A DNA stretch of 64,000 nt, taken from positions 9,202,052 through 9,266,051 of the forward strand of contig JAHRHZ010000082.1 of assembly GCA_024137785.1 (NCBI GenBank), given 5' to 3'. Below the pieces are notes generated by a model. The model made no database searches and was not told the origin of the DNA. It saw only the letters and a program-made list of their open reading frames with translations. The position numbers and the translations under genes were made by a program. Source of the stretch: Ginglymostoma cirratum (Eukaryota). Below are positions 25,969-38,069 of the stretch, piece after piece (the stretch's first letter is position 1; every line of letters begins with the position of its first letter).

Positions 25969-26207
25969 ATGAAACAGTCTAATTGGAGAACGCATCAACT
26001 TGTGACTCAGGATGAATGATAGTAAAATTATTCCCCGCCTTCCTTGAGGGAATTTAAAACCCTTATTTGTGATTAGCATTTCTTCAGTTAAATTTGTTTG
26101 GTTAAAAACAGAAGTACTTTAAAACTGAAAATATTGCTGAGAAGCCATTAACTATGCAATTTCTAGAGGTATAGGCTGATAATATTTGAAATTTTTCCAC
26201 TCCTGAC

Positions 26208-26340
26208 CATGTTGCACAAAGAAGCTTTCGAATGCGCTGTACAAGACTTTCCACTGGTGTCACGGTGACGTTTCTAGTGCCAGAACTGGTGAGTCTCCGT
26301 ATTTCCTCAGCCAAACGCTTGCAAAGAGGACCTCGGCATT
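26208..26340 (-). CDS. Candidate internal coding exon (133 nt), unidentified: (E)CRGPLCKRLAEEIRRLTSSGTRNVTVTPVESLVQRIRKLLCAT(W)
   Basis: Acceptor ggtttgacag|AA, donor ATG|gtcagg, exactly one open frame on this strand, 7 CpGs in 133 nt against a CpG-poor background, no repeat signature. Confidence 0.35.
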
Positions 26341-26689
26341 CTGTCAAACCATGCATGGAACATTTAACACTTGGCCTTGAGTCAGCACCCCAGTTTCCAC
26401 TGACATTTTCTGTTCTTCTGGTTTTAGTCCAATTTCCTATTTAAAGGAGCAGAAGTGGATGACAATCAGGAAAGACATTCCTTTCTTTACATCATTTGCC
26501 TTTTTTTGTTCTTTCTAATTCTCCAATAGATTTTTGGCTACCTCGTCGTCTTCTTCCTCTGGTTAATGCCTTCCATGAGCACACGTTCTAATAACTGAAG
26601 TAAAAATGCCATGACTGACTGAGCAACATGAGGTCATTCTCAATAAAGTGAAACAGCAGAACATGAAAGACTAATGCACATCTGTCCAA

Positions 26690-27000
26690 AAATATTTGAA
26701 AGCACTTTATACACTATGAAGTGCATTAATTGTGATTATGTAGCATCATGTGTCAGTCCCTATGTTTTAGAGGCCTAATGGACATCAACGGTAAAATAAA
26801 TAATAATTCTGTTTTGCTTGTGATAGTACTGATTTAGGGAGGAGCATTAGCCAGGAAACAACAGAAGCAAACTAAAAGAAGTGCAATGGGGTAATTTGCT
26901 TCCATCTGAACAAGTAAAAACAATTTTCTCTGACATTCAACTTTTCTTCCGTACTGGATTGCAGTATCAAGTTGAATGATAATCTTCTTGCCTTAAATGT
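26690..27000 (-). mobile_element. Degenerate DeuSINE
   Basis: AAAGCACTTTATAC..TGAAGTG, AAGAAGTGCAATGGGG and TCCATCTGA reverse-complement Deu motifs. Confidence 0.4.
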
Positions 27001-27849
27001 GGCCTTCAATTGAGTGATACGACCAGACGTAAGCTACAAATTCAGACAGCATGAAACTAACTATACTGACCGACTAAATAAGTAGTTGACGACTAATGTT
27101 AGGTAAAATCTGAATGTTTATTACACTTAAGTATTTTAGCTGGAAAATAATTTCATTGAGTGTAGAAATAAATAGGCTAGACAGTTTTAATCAAATTTAG
27201 ATCAAGCCACAATAAGAGTTGCTATCCCTCTGCAATTTCTAGGTCCAAATTTAACCTGGAGTTGAAATCTTGTTGAAAATTCGTGAGGTGGATGAGAGAA
27301 GAATGACACAAGTACCAGAATCTCTAAGAACTTTGGACCGAGCAATTTTAATTCTTTAAATTTTGATTACCAATGCTGCCACCACATTTTTCATTCTAAA
27401 TGGCAACTTGGTGCAGGGAATTACATCTGGCTGTTTTACATTGCCCAAGTGCATTAGTAAAGTGCCTTGTGAATAAATGCTTGATTGAAAATAAGGATCT
27501 GGGAGATTCTCAGCAAAATTGATGCTTTGGAGGCACAAATTTGATCTGGAAGATCCATCACAATAACATTTAACCGCAGTAGTTGTAGGAATTGGAAACT
27601 CAGACTGAACTCAACCAGCGGGCTGAATGGCATCCTTTTGTGTATTTTGTCAGACACTATGGACAGAATTTTAGCTACCCTAGGAGCAGCATTTGTCTAG
27701 TGCAAGATTAGTTTCAATCCAAAGGGCTGGGCAGCTGATTTGCATCATTAATGACCCTATCTTTTTAGGAAGCCACAAGTTTTTGCAGACAGGAAATAAT
27801 TTCACTGTGTAGGGAAGGCACAGCTGTGTGCTGGTCATCTAGTTTCAGA

Positions 27850-30370
27850 AAGACTATTGTGTCATTGGTATATTTAATCAAGACTATTATATGCATTCAA
27901 ACTACATGTAGCTCTCCAAAAGTAAATTTTACCCTGCTGAAGTCATTCTTCTATCTCTATCACGAGTCCTCTACCTCATCATTATAAGAGATGCTATTTG
28001 CTCTGTCCTACAATTTAACTGTTACAAACTTTAATATACTCCCCGAAGTCCTTCGACTTACATTCATAGTTACATACCACTTCATCCCAGCTGTTAGATA
28101 TCACAGATTCAACCTCTGATATCATCATAACTCTCCCTTATCTTGTTTATGCCAAACTTGTTAGAGATGCCTTGATACACCAATTTCTGGGTGTGGACTG
28201 TTTTCATTTAGATTTGCAGTATTTGGGTCTTTACTAAATTTCTGATTTAAAATGTGGTTCTTCTAAATATATTCATTGTTATATTTGATAAATAGAAATG
28301 AAATTCCTCTGCTTTCCCTGTGTAGGACATTCTGAAGAAAATCCCTTCTGATTATCATCTTTCTTGACTATTATTCTTCTCCCTCGGTCTCTCACCCAAA
28401 TCTTTTCTCCTTCTATAAATCTGAGTAGTTCCTGATATGGGATGTCAGGTTGTAAGCCGTTTTCAAAAGTATGGTTCTCATTTTTGAATTCTTGATAATC
28501 TGGATTTGGGAACAATTATTTGGATAGGATGGGATACTATTTTTGTAGTCTTGAGCCTTGATGATACTGAATCACATTGCAGTGGAGTTAACCTGTATTT
28601 AGGAATATAGTCAGAAAATCCTTCTTCTTCAACAGTATGCTGATGTCCTAACATGTCTTTCACTTTCAAGGACTTGTGGAATATCTGGGGTAGGAGGAAA
28701 ACCATGATCTTTGATGTATTCACCATGGACTATATTGTCATTTATGCGACATCTTATTCTGTCAATGCACTGTAGAATCTATGACAGTTCTATAGAAAAT
28801 CTCCATTGTGGCATTAAGTCAAATAGCAAATGATTTAAGCCAATATCTCCCAAGTGGATTCATGGATGTTGTTAGTAATTTTGTCATCTCATTGAACTCA
28901 CCTGCCAAATGTCGCTGTTAACATCTGTGGATATCATACTTTTTGACAGCTCTAAGAAGCCTTCATCCATTGATGATATTCCCTCACTGTGGTTGATGTT
29001 GGCCTAAGCCTAAACAAGTGCAAAGATATCCATTACAACCAGAGCCATTCTTAAGCACCATTCTGTAGGCCTAGTGACAGGAGAGATGACTCCCATTTTG
29101 ACAATCTCTTCTAGCTGTGGTGGGACATGTATCATTCGTGAGTGTAGAAGGTTTAGCATTTCTTTGCAAACTAATGCTGTGTGCAGTCGTAAGTCTTCCC
29201 CGGCCAACAAACAATGTTGGAAAGTCTTTTGCTGATTGATTTTTCCCACTTTCCTGATAAATTAAGGATTATGCAATATCTTCTAGTCAATAGAAAATAT
29301 TTAGATTCTATAGAGTACACAATGTTTCCAATGCCTTCTTTCCCTGGTACTGGCGTTTTGCCTATAAACTTCACTTTACTCTTATGTTGATCACTCCTGG
29401 ACCATGATGTGAAGATATTGGTGTTTGACTGTGGTGGATAAGGTTAGAAATCACACGACACCACCTGATGAAGGAGCAGTGGTTCAAAAGCTTGTGATTT
29501 CAAATGTGTTGGACTATGAGATGGTGTTACGTGATTTCTGACCTACTCCTGGACCATGCAGCTGGGTTCCCATCAGTTGCTAATGCATTTGTAACGATCA
29601 TCAATGCTTGACCAAACTGTTACACTTGATTCCAATGTCTAGTTTAAAGTTGGTGATATGCTTGTCAGTTTATATACATTTCTGAACACATGATTTGGGT
29701 CATTGGTCTCAGCGAGGAAATATTTTTGTTCCTCTTTTTGTGGAAATTCTTCAACTTCATTGGTAACCTTAGATGTAAAGTCTTTTATTTTTCTGAAACC
29801 TATGAAATTAGAAATTTTTGATTGGCATATCATCTTCTTGAAGTGGTCAATTCTTCTGCAGAGAATGTTTTATTCTGCGTGTTTGCAGGATTCTATTTAT
29901 GATGATGATGCCACATGTTGGCAGGGTTTAATAACATCTTACTCTTTTTCCCTGCCACTTGTACATTATTTTCTGATGCTTCTTTTACATTCAGTGCTTT
30001 TAAAGAAAGATCTGGTGATTAGAAGTTTCCTGAACCAAGTTCTCCTTCATTTTGCTGTATTGCCCTGTTCAAGTTCTGTCCAACCCACTAGCATAATTGC
30101 TTTCTCGAAGTTGAGGTCTTCCTAAGATCACAATTAGATGGAGAGATTCATTGGCAGAACTGACAACAATGTGATCTTATATTATTTCTGCTTTTGCATC
30201 TTTATAGTCTCACTCTTCGAACAGCATGTATAGGTCAATTAAAATATCTACTTATTCACCTGATTTCTGGGCTCTTTTGTTCAATATGATCTTTTTCAGA
30301 ACATCAATGTTCCTCTGGTTGTCGAAGGCTTTTATGAAGAGGTCTCATTATTCATTGATTTCATTATTTA
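27850..30370 (-). mobile_element. Decayed Ty3/Gypsy LTR retrotransposon (gag-pro-RT, deletion, integrase C-terminus, probable 3' LTR)
   Basis: Minus-strand motifs in Gypsy order: CCHC remnant LCRRIDHFKKMIC (~29825-29865), protease FKLDIG (~29630-29648), RT start LEEIVKMGVISPVTRPTEWC (~29055-29115), DVNSDIWQV (~28900-28925), PLGRYW (~28840), CRINDNIVHG (YxDD remnant, ~28722-28750), integrase tail EGEKIWVRD (~28390-28415); purine tract AAGGGAGAG at ~28131-28139. Confidence 0.75.
29407..29544. mobile_element. 138-bp PLE-terminus insertion with near-complete minimal hammerhead core and 14-bp TSD
   Basis: TSD ACTCCTGGACCATG at 29393-29406 and 29545-29558; inverted repeat 29441-29463 / 29522-29544; CAC-CTGATGA-AGGAGCAGTGGTTC-AAAAGCTT-GTG at 29462-29496. 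Confidence 0.8.
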
Positions 30371-30394
30371 AGGTTTGAGTCATAAGCAGTTGGT

Positions 30395-30575
30395 GGATAG
30401 GCTGGGACTTTTTTCACTGGAGTGTAAGAGGTTGAAGAGTGATCTTGTAGATGTTTATAAAATCATGAGTGGTATAAATAAGGTGAATGGCAGGTGCCTT
30501 TTCCCTCGGCAGGTGGAATTTCAAGGTTAGGGTCTTTTTTTTTAAGGAGAGAGGAAAAAGATTAAAAAAGACAGG
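30395..30575 (+). mobile_element. CR1/HER1 fragment
   Basis: GGATAGGCTGGGACTTTTTTCACTGGAGTGTAAGAGGTTGAAGAGTGATCTTGTAGATGTTTATAAAATCATG (RLGLFSLE..RLRGDL..VYKIM-like). Confidence 0.85.
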
Positions 30576-31182
30576 AGTCCATGGAGCCTCCCTTATCCTT
30601 CCCAGAAGGGATCAACACTACCCACTAATTCTCAACCTTCCAAATTTTCTACCGCGAAGGCTCTGCCTCCTGCGCATCTCTGCATCCAAGTCATTTCCCA
30701 ATAGTGCTGTTGAAACTTCACATCTCCGGGTCTGATATGGCCAATAGCATTAAAGGCATTCCCATCCATAATTGGATGGCAGGGCTCATACATGACCAGT
30801 TGGGAGACCTTGTGGTAAAATTGCCAAAATGGATGTATTGTTAGCCCAGTGCAGCTCACAATCTATAGTGACACCAAGATCCAACTTCTGGGGAAATCTT
30901 AGCCTCTGACTTTATCATCCACTTCCCTGTGACACTAATGAATAATGACTGGTAACCAGATTAGGAAAAACTTTGATTCGATTCCTGCTTTACACTCATG
31001 CTGACAGTCTGTGCTGATTTAGTACTGTCATTGGCCTTAGAATCTTGGGTCGGGAAACTTTGCTCTAAAAGTGGCTGGTGGAATGTTCATCTATTCAATG
31101 TCTCTTGAAAATTACACAAGGTGTACAATGGCTATCAGTGGGATGGACAGTATGCTAAATACTCAGACTGACTGCCCCTAAT

Positions 31183-31225
31183 TCAGAGATAAAAGGTACT
31201 GCAGATGCTGGAGAATCCGAGATAT
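31183..31225 (-). mobile_element. Tiny PLE 3' tip
   Basis: TCAGAGATAAAAGGTACTGCAGATGCTGGAGAATCCGAGATA matches the start of the 38790 copy. Confidence 0.6.
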
Positions 31226-32892
31226 ATTAAGGCAGCTACAGATCATCCCCAGGGAGTGGGTTAGCAATTTTAGCTTATTTGCTGTGCTGAGGGACTTCAA
31301 GAGAATTCTTAAATTAAAAAAAACTTTTACAAACATAAATTGAGCATGTAAATTGCAATCATGTAACACTCCACAGCAAATCCTGCATCCATCAATGCCC
31401 TGCAGAGTTGCTACCTGCTTCTGAAATATGGAAATCCTACATAAATTCTTAACACCCCTTTTTAAAGACACCTGAGCAACTCTGAATGATTTTAACCAGG
31501 CATGCATTGTGGTAACCAGCTCCAAATATGGGAGTTACCATTACTTACTTGCTATTTTGTTACTTGTGTTTTCTCCCCCAGGTCCTTGATCTCTTCTCCT
31601 CATATGTCATAGCAACTAATTCCACACACTGAACAACATGTTGCTTCTTCTGCATCTGGTAATGCCCCCTTCCTCGCTGCACATCAGGCCTGCTATGCTG
31701 CTTTATCAGGCAAAGCTGAGTACAGAACTGAGTATTTGGACATATCTGTCTTATGTATCAGAGGGTCCTGCCTGGTGGAAATGAAAGGTTGGCGAACTAC
31801 TCAGCACTTCTACAATACAGTTTAAATAAGGACAGAGATAAATGCTTATTATCTTAACAGACTTACTCTGAAGGCAAGCTCCTCTCCTCTAAATATTTAT
31901 AGCAGCCTCCCTGAAGCAACTTGAAACCTTATTAGTTATGCTCCAATTATTTAACTTTGCTTTTATTTAACTGTGTTAACACTGCTGGGAGATTGCACTG
32001 ATTCTATTTTCAATCTTTTGATAATATAGTTTACAAGGATACTTAAGCACAAATACATCGCAGCAAAGTGGGCACAATTTTGAGTGGAACTATGTAGTTA
32101 ATGTTACGTGAGTAACTCCAGGGTAGTGTGCACTTACACAGGCAAGTTGTTTATTAAAAGTTATTTATTTTGTAGACAATTTACTTGCACCTTTTTTTAA
32201 GGACTTAAAGCAAATGCATTAAATAATGCTAATCAGTTCAGCTGCAAGCCATTTGTACTTTCTAAACTGTAGTCATCTCCTCATCCCAATGTTATGTCCC
32301 AAGCAACTGCTACTGACTCATCTACCTGTCACAGATTTAATACAAAGTTTGAAAACCATTTTATTACCAAATACTTTTTGAAAAATTGAATGCAGATTTC
32401 TATTTCCATTTTGATTAACGTGCTGAAAGGAGACTAGAAATGCAAATATTTTCAGAAGGATAGAGAGTTCATATCCAGGTCTTTATGGTGATTGAGCTCA
32501 TTATTCAATTTCACTTTTTTTGAGTAGTTGCAAATAAACCAATTGAGGGGTTGTCTAGAAATTGGCCCAAACCCACTCAGGGGTGGTCCAAATGCTCTGT
32601 TATCTTGTACAACTGGCAATTATACTTCTGTGTTAGTGGACAACGAAGTACTTGGCATGGCAGGAATCACAACCACAGTCCTGTCCCTTCTGCTAACCTT
32701 CCCCACCTCAGAGTTCCTAGATATTCATTGCTTCCTGTTCCGAATTACACACAGTTCCTCAAACCGGAAGGAGCAACTTAGCTGCGACACCGAAAATAGC
32801 TGCACCACGCATAGGGGTGTCTTTGAGAAAAGAAGAAGGGGTAGTGTGAAAATGTATTTTTGATAAAAGGTAGTAAAGCCATCTGGTTTGAA

Positions 32893-33625
32893 TGCAAGAT
32901 GGCGACGAAGTAAACAGTGCAGCATTCAGGGTCCTGAACCCAAGCGCCCAGGCTCACTTGCACCAGCGGCTTTTCCTTTTTTTTCTTTTCCTTTCCCGTT
33001 CCTCCTTCCTCCTTCCTCCTTTTCTCCTTTCAGCTTTTTCTTACACTGACCTTCTTGTGGACAGCACGGATGGCATCGGTGGTGATGAGGTGTCCAGTGA
33101 GTTAGGGGCAAGTTTGTGTTTCCGCTGGTGGTGGTGACAGAGGTAGGTGAAATTTGGCCCAGTGCCCTGTGCGGGACCTGGCAGCATCTGCGATAGATGC
33201 TTTGGCACGGTGGGACCAGTGTCAAGTTTGAATCCAGTTAGGGACCTGACAGCTTCAGTGATGGCATTGCCGAGATTGGCCCAGTGTGGACTCATGGCAT
33301 CGATGACTTGGTGGAGGCAAATTGGTGCTGAAGAATGGTGACAGGATTCCTGCAGTGGTACGGCCCAGGGAGTCAAGTTTGGCCAACAGGTTCATGCTGG
33401 CGTTGGACTCAGCATTGAGGTGGCAGAGCCTGGATCCAGGCCCAGGGCTAAGACACTTTACAAGAAGGACTACAATGTTGAACTCAACTTCTACCTATTA
33501 TGTTCTATGTCTTGGTTTATTTTCTGTATTTTTATGATGGTACCGGATAGTAGTGACATTATATAACACTTTTCACTGTATTTGCAACAAATGCATGTAA
33601 TATGTACATGTAATAATAAATAAAT
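32893..33625 (+). mobile_element. Non-coding non-LTR retroposon with a Rex1/Babar-like 3' tail
   Basis: Starts CAAGATGGCG (YY1-like), then a CT-rich tract and a GC-rich body with loose GGCATC/GGCATT repeats; ends CTTTTCACTGTA...GTACATGTAATAATAAATAAAT. Confidence 0.55.
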
Positions 33626-35004
33626 ACATTTTGTGTTAGAACGACAACTCCAGTGAAAGTTAGCAAGAATGGTACCCTGCGTTACTGGGTGTTGTCATCC
33701 ATTCTTTGACTTTAAGACCTGTCTTCGCTGTTACTCAATTGTTGTGCGATCTAGAAAGAGCCTTGAATTTCAGTTAACCCTTAACATGCTTGACCTGATT
33801 GAAATGTTTCATGTGAATTCTGGATACAAAGGAATCAACATTTTTTTGCTTTTCCAGTTGAGTACAAATGCACTGGAATGAAAGTAAAATTTAATTGACA
33901 CCATCTGAAGCTGCTGTTGAGATTGTGTGAAAAGTCCAGTGGACTACTTTCATGTCAAGGTCATCACCAAAATGAGAATTGAGGAACAACCAATAGAAGT
34001 TTCAATCCACAAATCCATGAAGTGAACAGGATTAACGGGTGTTCTCCTGCATTTCTAAGAATACATTTACAAATCAATCAGGAACCACTGTAGAGAGATG
34101 GAAAGCAACAATAAAGATTAGTCCACCTTTAAACTATGTGTCAAAGTCAGAGGGCCAATGTGTAATTCTCACATGACAGTTAATTAAGGGTGATTATTTG
34201 TGTCAATGTCATTGTCTGACTATCTCACAAATCCTTCAGCAGAACACTTGGATTGCCATAAAATTTCTACTTGTGTTTTAAAAACTCCATTATGTAAATG
34301 CAGGAAAAATAGACATCTTTTGGCCAAATAAACAGAAAAAGCACTTACACACACTCAATGTCAATTCAGTTGCCCTGATGTCTACTCTGGAGTTTTAGAA
34401 TTTTGTCTACATTTTGATGTTTGATTTGTTGTACACTGGTATTCTCCAAACAAAACTTGACAGAAGATCCAGGCCAGAAAGCTGGGAGACTTATAGGGCT
34501 GTTTGTGACTTGACTCATTCACGATCAATAGATAACCTTTCAGTTTATTTGTTCTTTTAGTCAAGACCTAATTTCAAGAATAATGTTTGGAGTAGCAAAG
34601 AATCAAATTCTGTGTCTAAGATCAGCAGTAGAACAATTGGAAAAACGGCATTATTTATTTACCTGTACTTTTCTGGTATTGGTATACAAGAACCACACCT
34701 CCCCTTCGTTTTTAGTGAATGCTAGAGTCAGCGAAACTGTTTAGAAATGTCATTTTGGAAATTTTTGCAGCAGGACACTTTCCTTAGCAATGGCTTTTCA
34801 CTTTGGGTTTGGCTAATTCCCTAAAGTGAACTGTTTAGCAATTGTTTAAAAATTAGACAATTCATGACAGAGTTACAAAAGTGAGAGTCAGAAGGGTCTG
34901 TTTTGAACATAAATCAGCCAGGTCACCGGATATGTATGTGAGTGTGAGACCAGGATGCAAATATAAAGAAAAAGTACATACTTGTGAAATGTTATTGCCA
35001 TAAT

Positions 35005-35370
35005 AAAAAAAAATGAATACTGCAGATGTTGGAAATCTGAAATTAAAAGTGAACATGATAGAAATACTTATCAAGTTATAGCAACATCTAGACAGCAAGA
35101 AACATAACATACATGTTAGTTTTGTGACTGTTCATCAAAACAGGAACTGACAGAAGTATACTGTTCCTTCCAATCAGAAAATGCTGGCTAAACATGATGA
35201 ACTAAAAAAAGTTGGAAACCCTATTTCCAATCTATATTGAACAAAAAGTTACATGTTTTACCAGACCAAATACAGAGAATGCTGAAGAAACTCGGCAGGT
35301 CTGGCAGTAACTGTGGAGAGAGAAACAGAGTTAATATTTTGAGTCAGTATGATGTGCCTTCAGAACACAT
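35005..35370 (-). mobile_element. Two or three degenerate PLE 3'-end fragments
   Basis: ACTGCAGATGTTGGAAATCTGAAAT (~35019) and TGCTGAAGAAACTCGGCAGGTCTGGCAG..GTGGAGAGAGAAACAGAGTTAA (~35280-35333) match 21860-21912. Confidence 0.65.
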
Positions 35371-35574
35371 TGTCCAATTCCAACCCAGGGGGCTCCTTGC
35401 AAGTTTCTCAGCCTTCTCAGCATGAAACAGTCTAGCATAGACTTGGAATCTATGCAGCCAACAGGAAGTGATTCAATGTTGAAACACACCCCTTTTTCAC
35501 GACAATTTCTGCCATATTCCAGGACTTGATGGTCCTGAAACCAATGTCACAGCTCCTAAGTAAAGACAAGTTTG

Positions 35575-35990
35575 GTGAGGGCACAATGTGGGTGAGGGTT
35601 TGGGGTGGCAGGTGAGTAGTGAGTGAGTCTGGTCAGGTGGAGGGAGGTGTTCAGTTGGGGCTGTGGGGAGATGGAGGGGATTGGGTTGGAAGTGTCCTGT
35701 TACAAACTTATAGAGTCCAAATAGTTCAGGGACTGTGTCTAGATTCAGTGGTCAGGTCCAGGCAGGGAGTGGGGAGTCTGTAGTGGGTTAGATAGGGCTG
35801 TCAGTTTCCAGTGAACAATAGAGTGAGTGGGGTTGAGGGGGGTTTGGGTTAGAATGGGAGGACATATGGCATTGGGTTGGATCTAATTAGGGTCTGTGTA
35901 AGATTTGGGGGTGTATGGATCAGGGGTTTTGGTGCCAAAGGATGGAGTTAGGGAATGGTTTTCAGGATTGAGTATGGGGAAAGGGGGTGT
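35575..35990 (+). repeat. G-rich low-complexity tract
   Basis: More than 20 GGG/GGGG runs, strongly C-depleted on the plus strand. Confidence 0.6.
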
Positions 35991-36639
35991 CTCAATTTAA
36001 TAGTTATCCAGGATTTAAAGCTGGTTTTAATTTCTCTAATGCTCCTTGAATAATGATTTTAATCTAACTTGGTTGAACTCCCTATAGCATCTAACTCCAA
36101 CTTGGAGATGGGCCTATTATTTAGGGGTTCCAGACACCCAGTAGTTGTCATTCAGAAGTTTCAATTACCAGGGGATTCAGCTGTGTTGGCACTTCCAAAT
36201 GTACATTTAACCCCAGTCCATGTAACTGTAAGGACATAGGAAGATTTGTGTCATTTGTTTTCCAGCAAAGGCTGGTGGAGAGTATCGAGGACAAAAAGAA
36301 AGTGTGATAGGTTGAGAGTCAGGGAAGCTTGAAAGGCAGAAGAATTAGTCTTCAGGATGCAAAGGGAATAGTGATGGAGCAGGAAGAGAAACCACAGCTG
36401 TGCTGGGAATTGTTTTTGCTGTGACTGATTAGAAAAATAACTGAAACAAACAAAGGAAAGAAAACAAGATGGACACTGAAATTACATTCTGACATTGTTG
36501 AACAATATTGAAGGTAGACTGTAAGGTACCTCGTCAAAAGATGAGGTGCTGTTCCTTGAAATGAGTTTTCCCTAAGTCCTCCTTCATTCAAACTCATTTG
36601 ATGAAGTTCAGAGTCCCCAGCAATATTTCAGATCAATCC

Positions 36640-36970
36640 TTTATAATTAGAATTATGTTTTATTGTCACGTGCACTCAAGTACAAAAGTACAGGAAAACA
36701 GTGAAAAGTGTACAATGTCATCACATATGGCACCACCTTAGGTACAAAGTAGCTAGTTACAAATCTTAGGTACTACAATAGATTAGGTACAAAAACAGAG
36801 GAATAAAGAAAAATGCAATAAGTTCTACATTGCTCTTCTTCATAGTATAAATTAGAAAAATAAAGTTAAAAGATAAACATTACAGTCCTTTTATTGCCTG
36901 CAGTTGCTCCACACTGGGGGCTTGCCACATGTGGTCTAGTTCTCCTGCATTTAGCCAACCCCAACCAGGC
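36640..36970 (-). mobile_element. Truncated relative of the 32893 element (Rex1/Babar-like tail)
   Basis: Minus strand reads CACTTTTCACTGT...GTGCACGTGACAATAAAA; internal TTAGGTAC repeats at 36738-36790. Confidence 0.55.
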
Positions 36971-37111
36971 TCAGAAGCCACTGATTCAAATTAATTATAC
37001 TGTTGTCTTGCATACAATTGAGAGGCCAATAAAAAATTCAAGGAAAGATAAGTGGGAGTTTCAAATCATCGGAGAAATGGAACAAAAAATGACAGTGTAA
37101 ATTCATTCAGT

Positions 37112-37385
37112 TATAGAGTCATCCGGCACAGAAGCTTTAGTCCAACTAGCCCTTGCTGACCATAAATCCCAAACTAAACTAGTCTTACCTGCCTGCACTT
37201 GGCCCATATTTGTTCAATCATTTCTTATTCATGTACTTAGTACATACTAGTTTTGAAATCCCCTAGCCTAAGGAAAAGAGACATGCCATTCACCATATCT
37301 ATACACCTCATGATTTTACAAACTTCTAAAAGGTCACCCCTCAACCTCGTACAGTTCAATGAAAAAAGAGCCCAGACTATCAACC
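37112..37385 (-). mobile_element. CR1/HER1 3' fragment with internal deletion
   Basis: ATAGAGTCAT terminus and CCTCATGATTTTACAAACTTCTAAAAGGTCACCCCTCAACCTC (reverse complement of RLRGDL.EV.KIMR). Confidence 0.8.
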
Positions 37386-37680
37386 CTTCCGTATACATTT
37401 GCTTTTTTTGAAAATTTCGTTAAAAGCTTATTAATCTCACTGATTTTAGAAGAGGTCATTTAGATTCTTTCTTTTGTGAGCCTGTGTTAATCGTTTCAAA
37501 TGAAGGCTTAACGTGGACAGTTTCAAACTAAAAACAAGAGAACTCAATGTGAATCACATCGTCAAAACAAAATGGCGCATTAAAGATGAACTGGATCCAA
37601 TCAAAAAGCTGGTAATTATTGTTGTCTCTTAATGTACCAATCCATTAACTTTTCATTTCAAATTTGAATGAGGGTATTAA

Positions 37681-38069
37681 GTGAGATGGTGGTGTAGTGG
37701 TTATGTCACTGGACTCATAAGTATCCAGAGGTCCAAATTAATGTTCTGGGGACTTGGGTTCAAAACTCACCAAACCTTCTGGTAGAATTGTGCTTCATTT
37801 TCTAAATCTGCAATTGAGAGCTAGTCTCAATAGTAGTGAACAAGGCAACTATCACTGACTGTTGTTGAGAGCCTCTGTGGTTGAGGGAAGTCAAGTTGTC
37901 ATCCTTAGTGGTTTTGGCCTACATGTGATTCCAGGCCCATAACAATGTGTTTGGCTCTGAACTGCCCTCTGAAACAGTCCGAGCAAGTCACTCATTTCAA
38001 GGACAATTGGGGTGGGCAACAAATGCTGGCCTTGCTAGCAACGGCCACATGTCATGAAAGGAGAAAAAA
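37681..38069 (+). mobile_element. tRNA-derived SINE, full length (family of 15752)
   Basis: A-box TGGTGTAGTGG, B-box GGTTCAAAAC, tail GGGCAACAAATGCTGGCCTTGCTAGC..CACATGTCATGAAAG followed by an A-rich end. Confidence 0.8.

Noticed and set aside
31582-31658. Plus-strand exon after strong acceptor ttttctcccccag
   Set aside because: All frames closed before the next donor; such acceptors arise often by chance.
32528-33537. Dense cluster of ORFs on both strands
   Set aside because: Explained by the GC-rich, stop-poor body of a non-coding repeat; no recognisable domains.
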